From an uncultured Pelagibacteraceae bacterium (GTDB taxonomy: Bacteria > Pseudomonadota > Alphaproteobacteria > Pelagibacterales > Pelagibacteraceae), in NCBI GenBank assembly GCA_902603555.1, contig CACKVD010000004.1, positions 5,622-69,621 of the forward strand: a stretch of DNA of 64,000 bases, given 5' to 3'. Position numbers and translations under genes: made by a program. The notes beneath the pieces were generated by a model that saw nothing but the letters and a program-made list of their open reading frames with translations, did no database searches and was not told the DNA's origin. Shown here piece after piece: positions 9,030 to 18,663 of this stretch. Position 1 is the stretch's first letter; every line of letters begins with the position of its first letter.

Positions 9030-10325
9030 ATGTTTTTAATAAAAAAACCAAAAAAAATAGACTTAAAGATTTATAACAGAGGAGTTAATTCGCCTCAAAA
9101 CTTTTATGGTCTTCCAAAAAAAATATTATTTTGTAAACAATGCACATATACTAATCAAAAACCAAACTCCGAACAAGAATATAAACACAATATAAATAAA
9201 AAAAAACCAACTTTAAAAATACAGGCAGATGAAATTTGTAGTGCATGTAAAATTCAAGAAAAGAAAAAAAATATTGATTGGGATAAAAGAAAAAAACTTT
9301 TAGAGAAATTATGTGATAAATATAGAAAAAAGAATGGTGAGTTTGATTGTATTGTACCAGGCTCAGGTGGAAAAGACAGTTTTTATGCCGCATTAAAGCT
9401 AAAGGAAGAATATGGCATGAATCCATTGACAGTTACAGCTTCTCCACACCTGTATACTGATTGGGGAAGAAAAAATTTTTATTCTTGGTTGGGCAGTGGA
9501 TTTTCAAATTATTTATTTACACCAAATATAAAAGTGCAAAGATTATTGACAAGACTTTCTTTAGAAAAGCTCTTGCATCCATTTCAACCTTTTATAATGG
9601 GACAAATGTACTTTCCTCCAAAAATTGCAAGTCAGTTAGGTATAAATTTAATTTTTTATGGAGAGAATCCTTCGGAATATGGAAATAAGTCTTCAGAAAA
9701 TGAAGTCCCAACAAAAAATATTAATTATTTTACAACAAAAAATCATAAAAATATTTTTATATCTGGTTTAAAAATTTCTGATTTAGAAAAAAAATTTAAA
9801 TTAAGCAAAAACGATTTATATCCCTATTTACCTTTAAAAAGAAAAGAAATAGGAAAAAAATTAAATGTTCAGTATTTAGGTTTCTATATTCCTTGGCATC
9901 CTCAAGAATGTTATTATTATGCATCTCAAAAGGGTGGTTTTGAAGTTTCTCCAGAAAGAAATGTAGGTACTTACAGCAAATATGCATCTCTTGATGATAA
10001 AATGGATGATCTTCATTGGTATACAACTTTTATTAAATTTGGCATTGGTAGAGCCACTTATGACTCTTCTCAGGAGATCAGAAACAAAGAAATAACAAAA
10101 GAAGAGGGATTAAATTTAGTTAAAAAATATGATGGGGAATATCCTGCGAGGTTTGAAAAAGAAATTTTTGAATATCTAACAATCAGTCAAGATGATTATG
10201 GAGATATTTCAAAACTTTTTGAAAAAAACAAGATGGATAGAAATTATTTTAATTCATTATGTGATCAATTTAGATCTCCTCATATCTGGTATAAAGAAAA
10301 CAATAAGTGGAAAATTAGAAAATAA
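9030..10325 (+). CDS. N-acetyl sugar amidotransferase (WbuX/PseA/PtmG family)
   Basis: CxxC...CxxC, PP-loop SGGKDS, YGEN, KFGIGRATYD, YDGEYP; likely start ATG 9030 rather than 9003. Confidence 0.9.
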   Translation: MFLIKKPKKIDLKIYNRGVNSPQNFYGLPKKILFCKQCTYTNQKPNSEQEYKHNINKKKPTLKIQADEICSACKIQEKKKNIDWDKRKKLLEKLCDKYRKKNGEFDCIVPGSGGKDSFYAALKLKEEYGMNPLTVTASPHLYTDWGRKNFYSWLGSGFSNYLFTPNIKVQRLLTRLSLEKLLHPFQPFIMGQMYFPPKIASQLGINLIFYGENPSEYGNKSSENEVPTKNINYFTTKNHKNIFISGLKISDLEKKFKLSKNDLYPYLPLKRKEIGKKLNVQYLGFYIPWHPQECYYYASQKGGFEVSPERNVGTYSKYASLDDKMDDLHWYTTFIKFGIGRATYDSSQEIRNKEITKEEGLNLVKKYDGEYPARFEKEIFEYLTISQDDYGDISKLFEKNKMDRNYFNSLCDQFRSPHIWYKENNKWKIRK

Positions 10326-10339
10326 ATTTAGTATTGACA

Positions 10340-11101
10340 ATGAATAAACTTAGAATCATCTCAAGACTAGATGTAAAAAATGAATATTTAATTAAAGGTA
10401 TTCACCTTGAGGGTTTACGAAGAATTGGAAACCCAAATGAATTTGCACTAAAATATTATAATCAAGGGATTGATGAAATTTTAATTTCAGATGTGGTTGC
10501 TAGTCTTTATGACAGAGACTCGATTTTAAAAGTTATAAATTATATAGCACAAAATGTTTTTGTACCTATTTGTGTCGGCGGAGGGATACGATCTGTAAAT
10601 GATGCAAAATTATTACTTAGAAATGGTGCAGATAAAATTTTTTTAAATACTGCAGCAATAAAAAAACCTGATTTAATAACTAAACTTTCAAAAATTTATG
10701 GAAAGTCGACCGTCGTAGTATCCATTGAGGCAAAAAGAAAACTTAATAAATGGTTTGCATTTACAAAAAACGGAAGAGAACCTACAGGACTAGACGTAAT
10801 TAAATGGGCTAAAAAAGCTGAAATATTAGGTGCTGGAGAAATTTTGATTACTTCTATAGATCAAGAAGGTACACAAAAAGGATTTGATACCAATTTATTA
10901 AAAGAGATTATGAAAGTAATTAATATTCCAGTCGTAGTAAGTGGAGGAATGGGGAAATTAGAAGATCTAAAAAATTTGGTTAAACTTAAACCTAGCGGAA
11001 TTGCTTTAGCATCAGTGCTGCATTATGAAAAGTTAGATATTAAAGATATAAAAAAATATATTGCTGACAAATTAAAAGTTAAAGTAAGAAGTGAAAAATA
11101 A
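10340..11101 (+). CDS. hisF: HisF-like cyclase paralog (WbuZ-type ammonia channel)
   Basis: RIISRLDVK, VGGGIRS, GAGEILITSIDQEGT..GFD, SGGMG; adjacent to amidotransferase. Confidence 0.85.
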   Translation: MNKLRIISRLDVKNEYLIKGIHLEGLRRIGNPNEFALKYYNQGIDEILISDVVASLYDRDSILKVINYIAQNVFVPICVGGGIRSVNDAKLLLRNGADKIFLNTAAIKKPDLITKLSKIYGKSTVVVSIEAKRKLNKWFAFTKNGREPTGLDVIKWAKKAEILGAGEILITSIDQEGTQKGFDTNLLKEIMKVINIPVVVSGGMGKLEDLKNLVKLKPSGIALASVLHYEKLDIKDIKKYIADKLKVKVRSEK

Positions 11102-11729
11102 AGTAATTATAATTGATTACGGATTGGGAAATCTTTTAAGCCTCAAAAGAGCAATTGAAGCTGTAGGTTATGACTCAAAAATATCAGATTCAAAAAAAGA
11201 AATTGAAAATGCAAAAATTTCAATTTTACCCGGTGTTGGATCTTTTCAAAATGGAATGGAGAATATTGAAAAAAAAAAATTAAGAGAAAATATTGTTAAT
11301 ACTGTAAAAAAAGGAAATAACTTATTAGGTATATGTCTAGGAATGCAATTGTTCTTTAATAGCAGTGAAGAAAGTAAAAAAAAAATTAAAGGATTAGGCC
11401 TTATAGATGGAAAGATTTTAGATTTAAAAAAAAAATTAAAAAATAATGATGCAAAAGTGCCTCACATTGGATGGGCATCTTTTGAAAGACTTAAATTTAA
11501 GAAAAATTTTTTTTTAAAGTTAAATAAAAAGGATGATATGTATTTTATTCATTCATATTATGCAAATCCAAAAAACAATCATCACATTTTAGCCACTACA
11601 AAATATTTTAATATTTCTATTCCGTCTATTGTAAATAATAATAATATAACTGGCTTTCAATTTCATCCAGAAAAAAGTGGTTTAAAAGGTTTAAAATTAT
11701 TAAGGAGTTATCTTGATGAAAATAATTAA
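11091..11729 (+). CDS. hisH: HisH-like glutamine amidotransferase paralog (WbuY-type)
   Basis: IDYGLGNL, LPGVGSF, LGICLGMQ, VPHIGW, YFIHSY, QFHPEKS. Confidence 0.88.
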   Translation: MKNKVIIIDYGLGNLLSLKRAIEAVGYDSKISDSKKEIENAKISILPGVGSFQNGMENIEKKKLRENIVNTVKKGNNLLGICLGMQLFFNSSEESKKKIKGLGLIDGKILDLKKKLKNNDAKVPHIGWASFERLKFKKNFFLKLNKKDDMYFIHSYYANPKNNHHILATTKYFNISIPSIVNNNNITGFQFHPEKSGLKGLKLLRSYLDENN

Positions 11730-12864
11730 AATTTTATTTAGTTTAGATTTTAGCATACCTTGTAAAACAAATTTTATTTTTTTTGGTAAAAATTCTTATT
11801 TAAATTTAAGAGATTTAAAAGTATTCGACAATTTTAACCCTTTATTTTTGATGTCAGAAAAATTAAATGTCATAATATTATTTAAAACATTTTTTAAAAG
11901 TGGCTTCAAAGAAATCAAAAAGAATTATTTAAAGAACTATATTATTGAAATTAAACCATCAATTATAGTAAATTTTACTGATAACTATTATCAATTCTAT
12001 GAAATGTACAATTTTTTTAAACAGAGAAAAATCATTTCTGTTTCAATTCAAAATGGTATGAGAACTATTGTAGGTGATATATTCAATCTATTTAATAAAA
12101 AAGAGAAAGATTTAGGTTGTGACTACCTACTTACAATGAATGACTCCACAGGAAGTAAATATCTTGAATTTATAAATTCTGAAAATATTGTAATTGGCTC
12201 AATCAGAAATAATAAATACAAAAAAATAGAAAATAAAAAAAAAAAGAATATAGTGTTCATTTCACAATTTAATAAAAATATAATTGATAATGGATTTTTA
12301 GATTTAAAAACAAATAAAATTTTTTCTGGTGAAAACTTTTATAAAGCGGAAAAAATTGTATTAGAATTTTTGGTAAATTTTTGCAAGAAAAATAGTTTCA
12401 AACTTGAAATTGCATCAAATGGTTTGTCAAAATTTGAGGACGAATACAATTTTTTTTCATCAATTGTAAATAATAAGATAGATTTTAATTTAATAAAAAA
12501 AGAGGATGAGTATTCAACTTACCGACTTTGTGACAGTTCAGAGTATACGGCATTTATAGAGAGCACTATTGGATATGAGTCATTTTCAAGAAAAAATAAA
12601 ATATTAGGTTTTTCAATAAGGGGAAATTTTTTAGAACAAACTCAAGGCCATTCTTTTTGTTGGCCAAATCTTAAAATTAGTGAAGGACCTTGTTGGACCT
12701 CCAAGAATGATGTTAATGAATTTGAGAGAATCGGAAATTTCATCCTAAATTCAGATATAAATACTTGGAACAGGATCTTTGAACAATATTTGAACAAAAT
12801 AATGGTGTATGATGAAAATAATTTAGCATTAAACAATTTTATAAAAAAAATAAAAAGTAATTAA
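11713..12864 (+). CDS. Uncharacterised surface-carbohydrate biosynthesis protein, probable GT-B-like transferase
   Basis: IQNGMR, IGSIRNN, VFISQF, STIGYES motifs; glycan-cluster context. Confidence 0.5.
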   Translation: MMKIIKILFSLDFSIPCKTNFIFFGKNSYLNLRDLKVFDNFNPLFLMSEKLNVIILFKTFFKSGFKEIKKNYLKNYIIEIKPSIIVNFTDNYYQFYEMYNFFKQRKIISVSIQNGMRTIVGDIFNLFNKKEKDLGCDYLLTMNDSTGSKYLEFINSENIVIGSIRNNKYKKIENKKKKNIVFISQFNKNIIDNGFLDLKTNKIFSGENFYKAEKIVLEFLVNFCKKNSFKLEIASNGLSKFEDEYNFFSSIVNNKIDFNLIKKEDEYSTYRLCDSSEYTAFIESTIGYESFSRKNKILGFSIRGNFLEQTQGHSFCWPNLKISEGPCWTSKNDVNEFERIGNFILNSDINTWNRIFEQYLNKIMVYDENNLALNNFIKKIKSN

Positions 12865-12867
12865 TTT

Positions 12868-13857
12868 ATGATTAATAAATCATCATTTCTAATAACGGGT
12901 GGGACAGGGAGTTTTGGTCAGGAATTTTTAAAGTATCTGCTGGATATAGCAAAAGTCAAAAAAAGAATAATTATATTTAGCCGTGATGAATTTAAACAAT
13001 TTGAAATGAAAAAAAAATTTAACCCATCTAAATATCCCAACTTAAGATATTTCATAGGAGATGTAAGAGACAAAAATAGATTAGATAGAGCACTTTCAAA
13101 TATTGATATAATTGTGCATGCTGCAGCTTTAAAGCAAGTTGATGTTGGCGAATACAACCCAACAGAATTTATCAGCACAAATATTATTGGAGCGCAAAAT
13201 ATAATTGAGGCTTCTATCTCAAATAAAGTTAAGAAAATTCTTGCTTTATCGACAGACAAAGCAGCGGCTCCAATTAATCTTTATGGAGCAACAAAATTAT
13301 GCAGTGATAAACTATTTATTAGTTCAAATTTATATTCAGGAAAAAAACTTAAAGCCTCAGTCGTTAGATATGGAAATGTATTTAGGTCAAGAGGTTCTGT
13401 AATACCAGTATTCGAAAAACAAAAAAATAAAAAATATTTTACTGTAACGCATAAAGAAATGACAAGATTTAATATTACAATTTCAGAAGCAGCAAAAAAG
13501 GTATATTCTTATTTAAACAATTCGTTAGGTGGAGAAATTTTTGTACCAAAACTTAATTCTTATAAAATTCTTGATGTGGCAAAATCAATTAACCCAAAAA
13601 ATAATATTAAAATTATAGGAGTAAGACCAGGTGAAAAAATTCATGAAGAATTAATTACTTCCAATGACGCATTTAATACTATTGAGTATAAAGATGGTTA
13701 TATAATACTTCCGACATTTGAATTGTATGGATTGAAAAAGTATCTGAGTCATTACAAAGGTAAAAAAGTTAAAAAAAATTTTTCATATGCATCAAATTCG
13801 CTTAATAAATACCTTTCAGTAAGCCAATTAAAGAAACTTATTTCTGATAAGTTTTAA
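12868..13857 (+). CDS. pseB: UDP-GlcNAc 4,6-dehydratase (inverting)
   Basis: TGGTGSFG, SRDEFKQ, GDVRD, HAAALKQV, STDKAAAPINLYGATKLCSDK, RYGNV, GVRPGEKIHE. Confidence 0.92.
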   Translation: MINKSSFLITGGTGSFGQEFLKYLLDIAKVKKRIIIFSRDEFKQFEMKKKFNPSKYPNLRYFIGDVRDKNRLDRALSNIDIIVHAAALKQVDVGEYNPTEFISTNIIGAQNIIEASISNKVKKILALSTDKAAAPINLYGATKLCSDKLFISSNLYSGKKLKASVVRYGNVFRSRGSVIPVFEKQKNKKYFTVTHKEMTRFNITISEAAKKVYSYLNNSLGGEIFVPKLNSYKILDVAKSINPKNNIKIIGVRPGEKIHEELITSNDAFNTIEYKDGYIILPTFELYGLKKYLSHYKGKKVKKNFSYASNSLNKYLSVSQLKKLISDKF

Positions 13858-15620
13858 TGAAAAGTTTCGAAAAGTTAATCAAAAAAAAAAATTTTAAAGT
13901 AATCAATTTTTTAGATACTTTAGATTTAAAGAAAAAAAAAACATATTCAAAATTATTAGAAAATAACTTTTTTTTTTCAAAAGATTTAAATAAAAAACAA
14001 AAAAATTTTCTTAAAAGTAAACTAAAAATTCTTGAAAGAAAAATATTATTTAAATTAAGTAAATCTTTAAACGAAATCCATAATACTAAATATTCGTCAA
14101 AATTTTGGGATATTTTACTTGGCCATTGGATAAATTATTATGTTGGTTCAGTTTACAGACATTATTCAAATATAAATCATTTAAATAAAGTTAATAAAAT
14201 TAAAGTTAAAAATTTAGGAAGAGGTGATTTCAATTATACAATTCATGGAACTGAGGATTTTATTTTTTTAACAAATAATTTTAATTGGAACCGTAATATT
14301 ATTTTTCAAATTTGTAACCAATTAAAATCGCGTAACCAATATTATAATAAAAAATTTTCTGTTAAAAAAAGTTTTGAGATAAAAAAAGATATTCAGGTAA
14401 ATGATCTAAATTACAAAAACATTTTAAAAAAATTATATAATTTTTTATGTGAATTTTTAAAAAATGATAATGAACCATTTATCCAGGGTACTTATTTAAA
14501 CAGGATTGATGAATTTTTATTAAAATTAAGATTTTCATTTTTGCCAAAATATTGGCTGCAAAAAAAATTTATAAAAATTAGAAAAGATAAAGAAAAAAGA
14601 TTATTAATTTATAGGAAAATGATATCTTTCAAGTCAAACAATAAACTTGAAAAGATATTGTGTAATTTAATACATGACAATTTACCAACATTTTTTCTAG
14701 AAGGTTTCAAAAGAAACCTATCTTTAATGCAGTCAGTTAAATGGCCCAAAAAACCAAAATTTATCTTTACAAGTAATAATTTTGAAACAGATGAAATATT
14801 TAAACTTTACAGTGCAATTAATATAGAAAAAAAAATAAAATATATCGTTGGCCAACATGGAAACATTTATGGTACACATTTTATAAGTTCAGATTACACT
14901 GAAATTAGAACTTCAGATAAATTTATTAGTTGGGGCTGGAAAACACATAAAAAAATAATTCCAAGTTTTATGTTTTCGAAAAAAAATAATAATATTTTTC
15001 CAAGCAAAAGTGGAAAAATATTATTTATTATTTCGCCTCATTTTCATAATTATAATACATACAACAAATATAGTAATATGGTTTACAAACTAAAAAAAAA
15101 TATCGAATTATTAAATAATCTTCCAAAAAATATAAAAGATAATATTTTTATAAGAATAATACCAAGTCAAACGAAAAAGGAATTTAAGGAATTTTTTTAT
15201 AGGAATGATCTATTTTTTTTAGATCATGAATTTTTTTTAAGGAAATATGTCAAAAATATTCAATTTGATAAAAGAGATAAAAAATTAGATTACATACTCG
15301 GAGATTATAGTCTGGTATTACATAATTATGACGGGACAAGCTTTAATGATACTGCATATCATAATTTCCCATCAATAGCATTGTGGTATTCTTCCCTTGA
15401 TAATTATACATCAAGTGCTAAGAAAATTTACAAAAATTTATTCAGAAATAACATTATTCATTTTACCAATGATAGTGTAAATACTTTTTTACAAAAAAAT
15501 TTTAAAGACAACTATTTTTATTGGTGGAATAATAAGAAAGTGAAATTATCTATGAAAAATTTCACTGAAATGTATGCAAAAAGAAATAAAACTAATAATA
15601 AGATTGCCAATTTTTTTTAA
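13857..15620 (+). CDS. LIC12162-family putative transferase
   Basis: LNEIH...YS.KFW.ILLG.W, GQHG..YG, E...SDKFISWGW motifs; 587 aa. Confidence 0.7.
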   Translation: MKSFEKLIKKKNFKVINFLDTLDLKKKKTYSKLLENNFFFSKDLNKKQKNFLKSKLKILERKILFKLSKSLNEIHNTKYSSKFWDILLGHWINYYVGSVYRHYSNINHLNKVNKIKVKNLGRGDFNYTIHGTEDFIFLTNNFNWNRNIIFQICNQLKSRNQYYNKKFSVKKSFEIKKDIQVNDLNYKNILKKLYNFLCEFLKNDNEPFIQGTYLNRIDEFLLKLRFSFLPKYWLQKKFIKIRKDKEKRLLIYRKMISFKSNNKLEKILCNLIHDNLPTFFLEGFKRNLSLMQSVKWPKKPKFIFTSNNFETDEIFKLYSAINIEKKIKYIVGQHGNIYGTHFISSDYTEIRTSDKFISWGWKTHKKIIPSFMFSKKNNNIFPSKSGKILFIISPHFHNYNTYNKYSNMVYKLKKNIELLNNLPKNIKDNIFIRIIPSQTKKEFKEFFYRNDLFFLDHEFFLRKYVKNIQFDKRDKKLDYILGDYSLVLHNYDGTSFNDTAYHNFPSIALWYSSLDNYTSSAKKIYKNLFRNNIIHFTNDSVNTFLQKNFKDNYFYWWNNKKVKLSMKNFTEMYAKRNKTNNKIANFF

Positions 15621-15632
15621 TAGTAGAACAAA

Positions 15633-16655
15633 ATGAAAAATAAATATTTTAAACCAATAGATCCTAGAAAGACAAAACCAGCAAATTTCAAGGACCTAGA
15701 GTTATTTAAAAATAAGTTAATAGAACTTTCAAAAAAAATACATAAAGAAAAATTTATAAAGATTAAAAATTGTTTAGTTTGCAATTCAAAAAAATTAAAA
15801 AAAATTTTTAGTTCTAGAAAATTTCAATGGATGGAGTGCACAAAGTGTGGTCACCATCAAAAAAATTCAATGCCTAAATATGAAAGATTATTACAGTTTT
15901 ATAATGATGAAACTGTAGAAAATTATTTAAATGAAATTAATATTAACTATAGACTAAAAACTTTGACTATACCTAAATATAATTTTATTAAAAAATTTAT
16001 TTTTAAAAATAAAAAGAAAAGATGGCTTGATTTAGCATCAGGACTTGGAGATATGCCTTATTTATTAAAAAAAAAAGGTTGGCATGTTATTTCAACTGAA
16101 ATTTATGAACCATTTATAAAGTTTGCAAAAAAAAAATTAAAGGTCAATCACACAAATTTATTACTAGATAAGTATTTAGAATATCACCAAAAAAATGATC
16201 TTAAAAAGTTTAGTGTAGTTGGAGCTTTAGGTTATTTTGATATTTTACCTAACCCACTTAAGCACGCTAAAATGATAAATAAACTTTTAGAAAAAAAGGG
16301 GACGATAGCAGTGAATATACCAATTAATGATTCCGTTTCGGGTATTTTAACAAGTACATTTCCAGAAGACTCATTAAGACAAATTACTCCTATGGATTTC
16401 TCAGTGTTTTCAAAAAAATCTATATTTAAAATGTTGAATAAATCTGGATTTAAAATTGAAGGTGTTTGGTATCATGGTTTGGACTATTATGAGCTAATAT
16501 CAAAACTAATCCAAAAAAAAGAAAAAAAAACAAGTGAAAAAAATGTTCAAGAATTACTTGTTTTTTTTAATGATTTTCAAAAGATAATAGACAAGAATAA
16601 AATGTCAGATCTTTTATTAATTTGTGCAACAAAAATAAAAGAAGTTAGAATTTAG
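15633..16655 (+). CDS. Class I SAM methyltransferase with N-terminal Zn ribbon
   Basis: CLVC...CTKC; WLDLASGLG SAM-binding motif; P...L...L...G. Confidence 0.8.
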   Translation: MKNKYFKPIDPRKTKPANFKDLELFKNKLIELSKKIHKEKFIKIKNCLVCNSKKLKKIFSSRKFQWMECTKCGHHQKNSMPKYERLLQFYNDETVENYLNEININYRLKTLTIPKYNFIKKFIFKNKKKRWLDLASGLGDMPYLLKKKGWHVISTEIYEPFIKFAKKKLKVNHTNLLLDKYLEYHQKNDLKKFSVVGALGYFDILPNPLKHAKMINKLLEKKGTIAVNIPINDSVSGILTSTFPEDSLRQITPMDFSVFSKKSIFKMLNKSGFKIEGVWYHGLDYYELISKLIQKKEKKTSEKNVQELLVFFNDFQKIIDKNKMSDLLLICATKIKEVRI

Positions 16656-16663
16656 CCTTAATT

Positions 16664-17380
16664 ATGGTTAAAAACAAAATTTATTCAGCCTTAAGCAGAA
16701 TCAAAAGAATTTTTTTTGATTTATTTATTATTAATAAATTTAATAAAAAAAATATTTTTCACTTGATTTATAAGAATAATTATTGGGGCTCAAAGGAGTC
16801 TGTGTCGGGACCTGGTTCTGATTTAAAAAGTACTGAAAATATAAGACGTGAATTACCATTATTGATATCCAAATATGGAATAAAAAATATACTTGATATA
16901 CCTTGTGGAGATTTTAATTGGATGAAAAAAATTTTAGATAAATTGGATGTAGATTATTTAGGTTGCGATATAGTAGATGAGCTCATTGATAAGAATAAAA
17001 ATTTTTATACTACAAATAAAATAAAATTTTCAAAACTTGATTTAATCAAGGAAAAATTACCAGTTTCAGATTTACTTATATGTAGAGCTCTTTTTTTTCA
17101 CCTAGATTTTTTAAGTATAGATAAAATTTTAAAAAATTTGAAAAAGGCAAATATTAAATATATTTTACTAACTAATTGTCCAAAATTAGATAATCATATA
17201 AATAAAAATATACCAATAGGTCAGTATAGAGATTTAGATTTGTTTAAAGAACCATTATTTTTTCCAAATAATTACTTATATAAATTTGAGGATGTGTACA
17301 ACTTAGATACAGCTCAAATAGAACAAGAAATGATATTGTGGAAAAAAGACGATTTGATTAATAATTTAAATTTAAGATAA
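16664..17380 (+). CDS. Class I SAM methyltransferase
   Basis: WGSKESVSGPGS, ILDIPCGDFNWM, YLGCDIV, DLLICR..FFHL. Confidence 0.8.
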   Translation: MVKNKIYSALSRIKRIFFDLFIINKFNKKNIFHLIYKNNYWGSKESVSGPGSDLKSTENIRRELPLLISKYGIKNILDIPCGDFNWMKKILDKLDVDYLGCDIVDELIDKNKNFYTTNKIKFSKLDLIKEKLPVSDLLICRALFFHLDFLSIDKILKNLKKANIKYILLTNCPKLDNHINKNIPIGQYRDLDLFKEPLFFPNNYLYKFEDVYNLDTAQIEQEMILWKKDDLINNLNLR

Positions 17381-17417
17381 CACTAAGAAACGAAGACTTT
17401 ATTATTTAAAACTTAAA

Positions 17418-18623
17418 ATGAAAATAGGTTATTTTGTAGAAAGTTATAAAAGAGGTGGAGTTGATACCTTTATAAGAAATCTTCTTTCTCAAAAAAGACA
17501 TAACGACATTTTTTATTTGATATATAATAATGATAACCCTGGAATTAAGTATATAAAAAAAAATTGTAAAAATATAATTTATTTAAAATATTCAATTTTT
17601 GCTTGGGATCAAATTTTTGATAAAAAAATTAACAATTATTTTTTGATCATTTTAAAAATTATATATTCTCTTTTATTTCCAATTACTTTTATCTATCAAA
17701 TATTGAAACTATTGAGTTTTTTTAAAAAATATAATTTTGATAAACTTATGATAATTAACGGAGGTTATCCAGGAGGTGATATTTGTCTAGCTGCTTGTAT
17801 TGTATGGTCCCAACTAAATCCAGAAAAAAAACCATGGATTAATTTTCACAATTTTGCACTAGAAAGGTATAAAATTTTTCTATTGAATATATATAAAAAT
17901 TTGATTGATAGATTTATAATAAAATCAGCAAAAGGATTTGTATCCGTCTCAAAAATTTGCTCATTAAGTATCAGATTAAGAAAAAATTTAAAGAAAGCTA
18001 AAGTTTTGACCATTTATAATGGACATTTTTTAAAAAAAAATAAAAATAAATTTTCATATAAAAAAAAATTTAATTTACCAACAAATTCTAAAATTTTGTT
18101 AATGCTTGCTGAATATGATCTGCGAAAAGGACATAAATATATTATAGATGTGATGGAAGAAATTAATCGAGAAGATAAAAATATTTTTTTGTTTATTTTT
18201 GGCCATGGAGATAATTATGAAATAAATAAATTAGTTCAAAAATCTAGTTCATCAAATAATATTTTTTTAAATAAATTTAATGAAAATAACTTTGAGCTAA
18301 TATCTAGTTGTGATTTATTAGTTATACCATCTCAAAAGTATGAATCTTTTGGCTACACAGCCATAGAAGCTATGAGTTTAAAAAAACCAGTTATATCAAC
18401 TAATTGTGGAGGACTTAGGGAGGTTATAGAGGATAATATTACGGGCTATCTTGTAGATAGAAACAAACCAAAACTTTTTGCTAAGAAAATTTTAAATTTA
18501 CTTAGTAATACTAAATTAAAAAAGAAAATGGGTAATAAATCATTTTATAGATACAAGAAACATTTTACACACACAAAAATGATAAAATCTTATAACAACT
18601 TAATAAAATATAATAGAATCTAG
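17418..18623 (+). CDS. GT4 glycosyltransferase
   Basis: GGVDT, IYNG, RKGH, PSQKYESFGYTAIEAM, GGLREVI...TGYL. Confidence 0.9.
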   Translation: MKIGYFVESYKRGGVDTFIRNLLSQKRHNDIFYLIYNNDNPGIKYIKKNCKNIIYLKYSIFAWDQIFDKKINNYFLIILKIIYSLLFPITFIYQILKLLSFFKKYNFDKLMIINGGYPGGDICLAACIVWSQLNPEKKPWINFHNFALERYKIFLLNIYKNLIDRFIIKSAKGFVSVSKICSLSIRLRKNLKKAKVLTIYNGHFLKKNKNKFSYKKKFNLPTNSKILLMLAEYDLRKGHKYIIDVMEEINREDKNIFLFIFGHGDNYEINKLVQKSSSSNNIFLNKFNENNFELISSCDLLVIPSQKYESFGYTAIEAMSLKKPVISTNCGGLREVIEDNITGYLVDRNKPKLFAKKILNLLSNTKLKKKMGNKSFYRYKKHFTHTKMIKSYNNLIKYNRI

Positions 18624-18663
18624 TGAATAAACTTATTAAATATAGTAAATAAATCTCTTTAAA

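Noticed and set aside
10334-11729. hisF/hisH as histidine biosynthesis genes
   Set aside because: No other his genes nearby; adjacency to an N-acetyl sugar amidotransferase indicates the glycan-modifying paralogs
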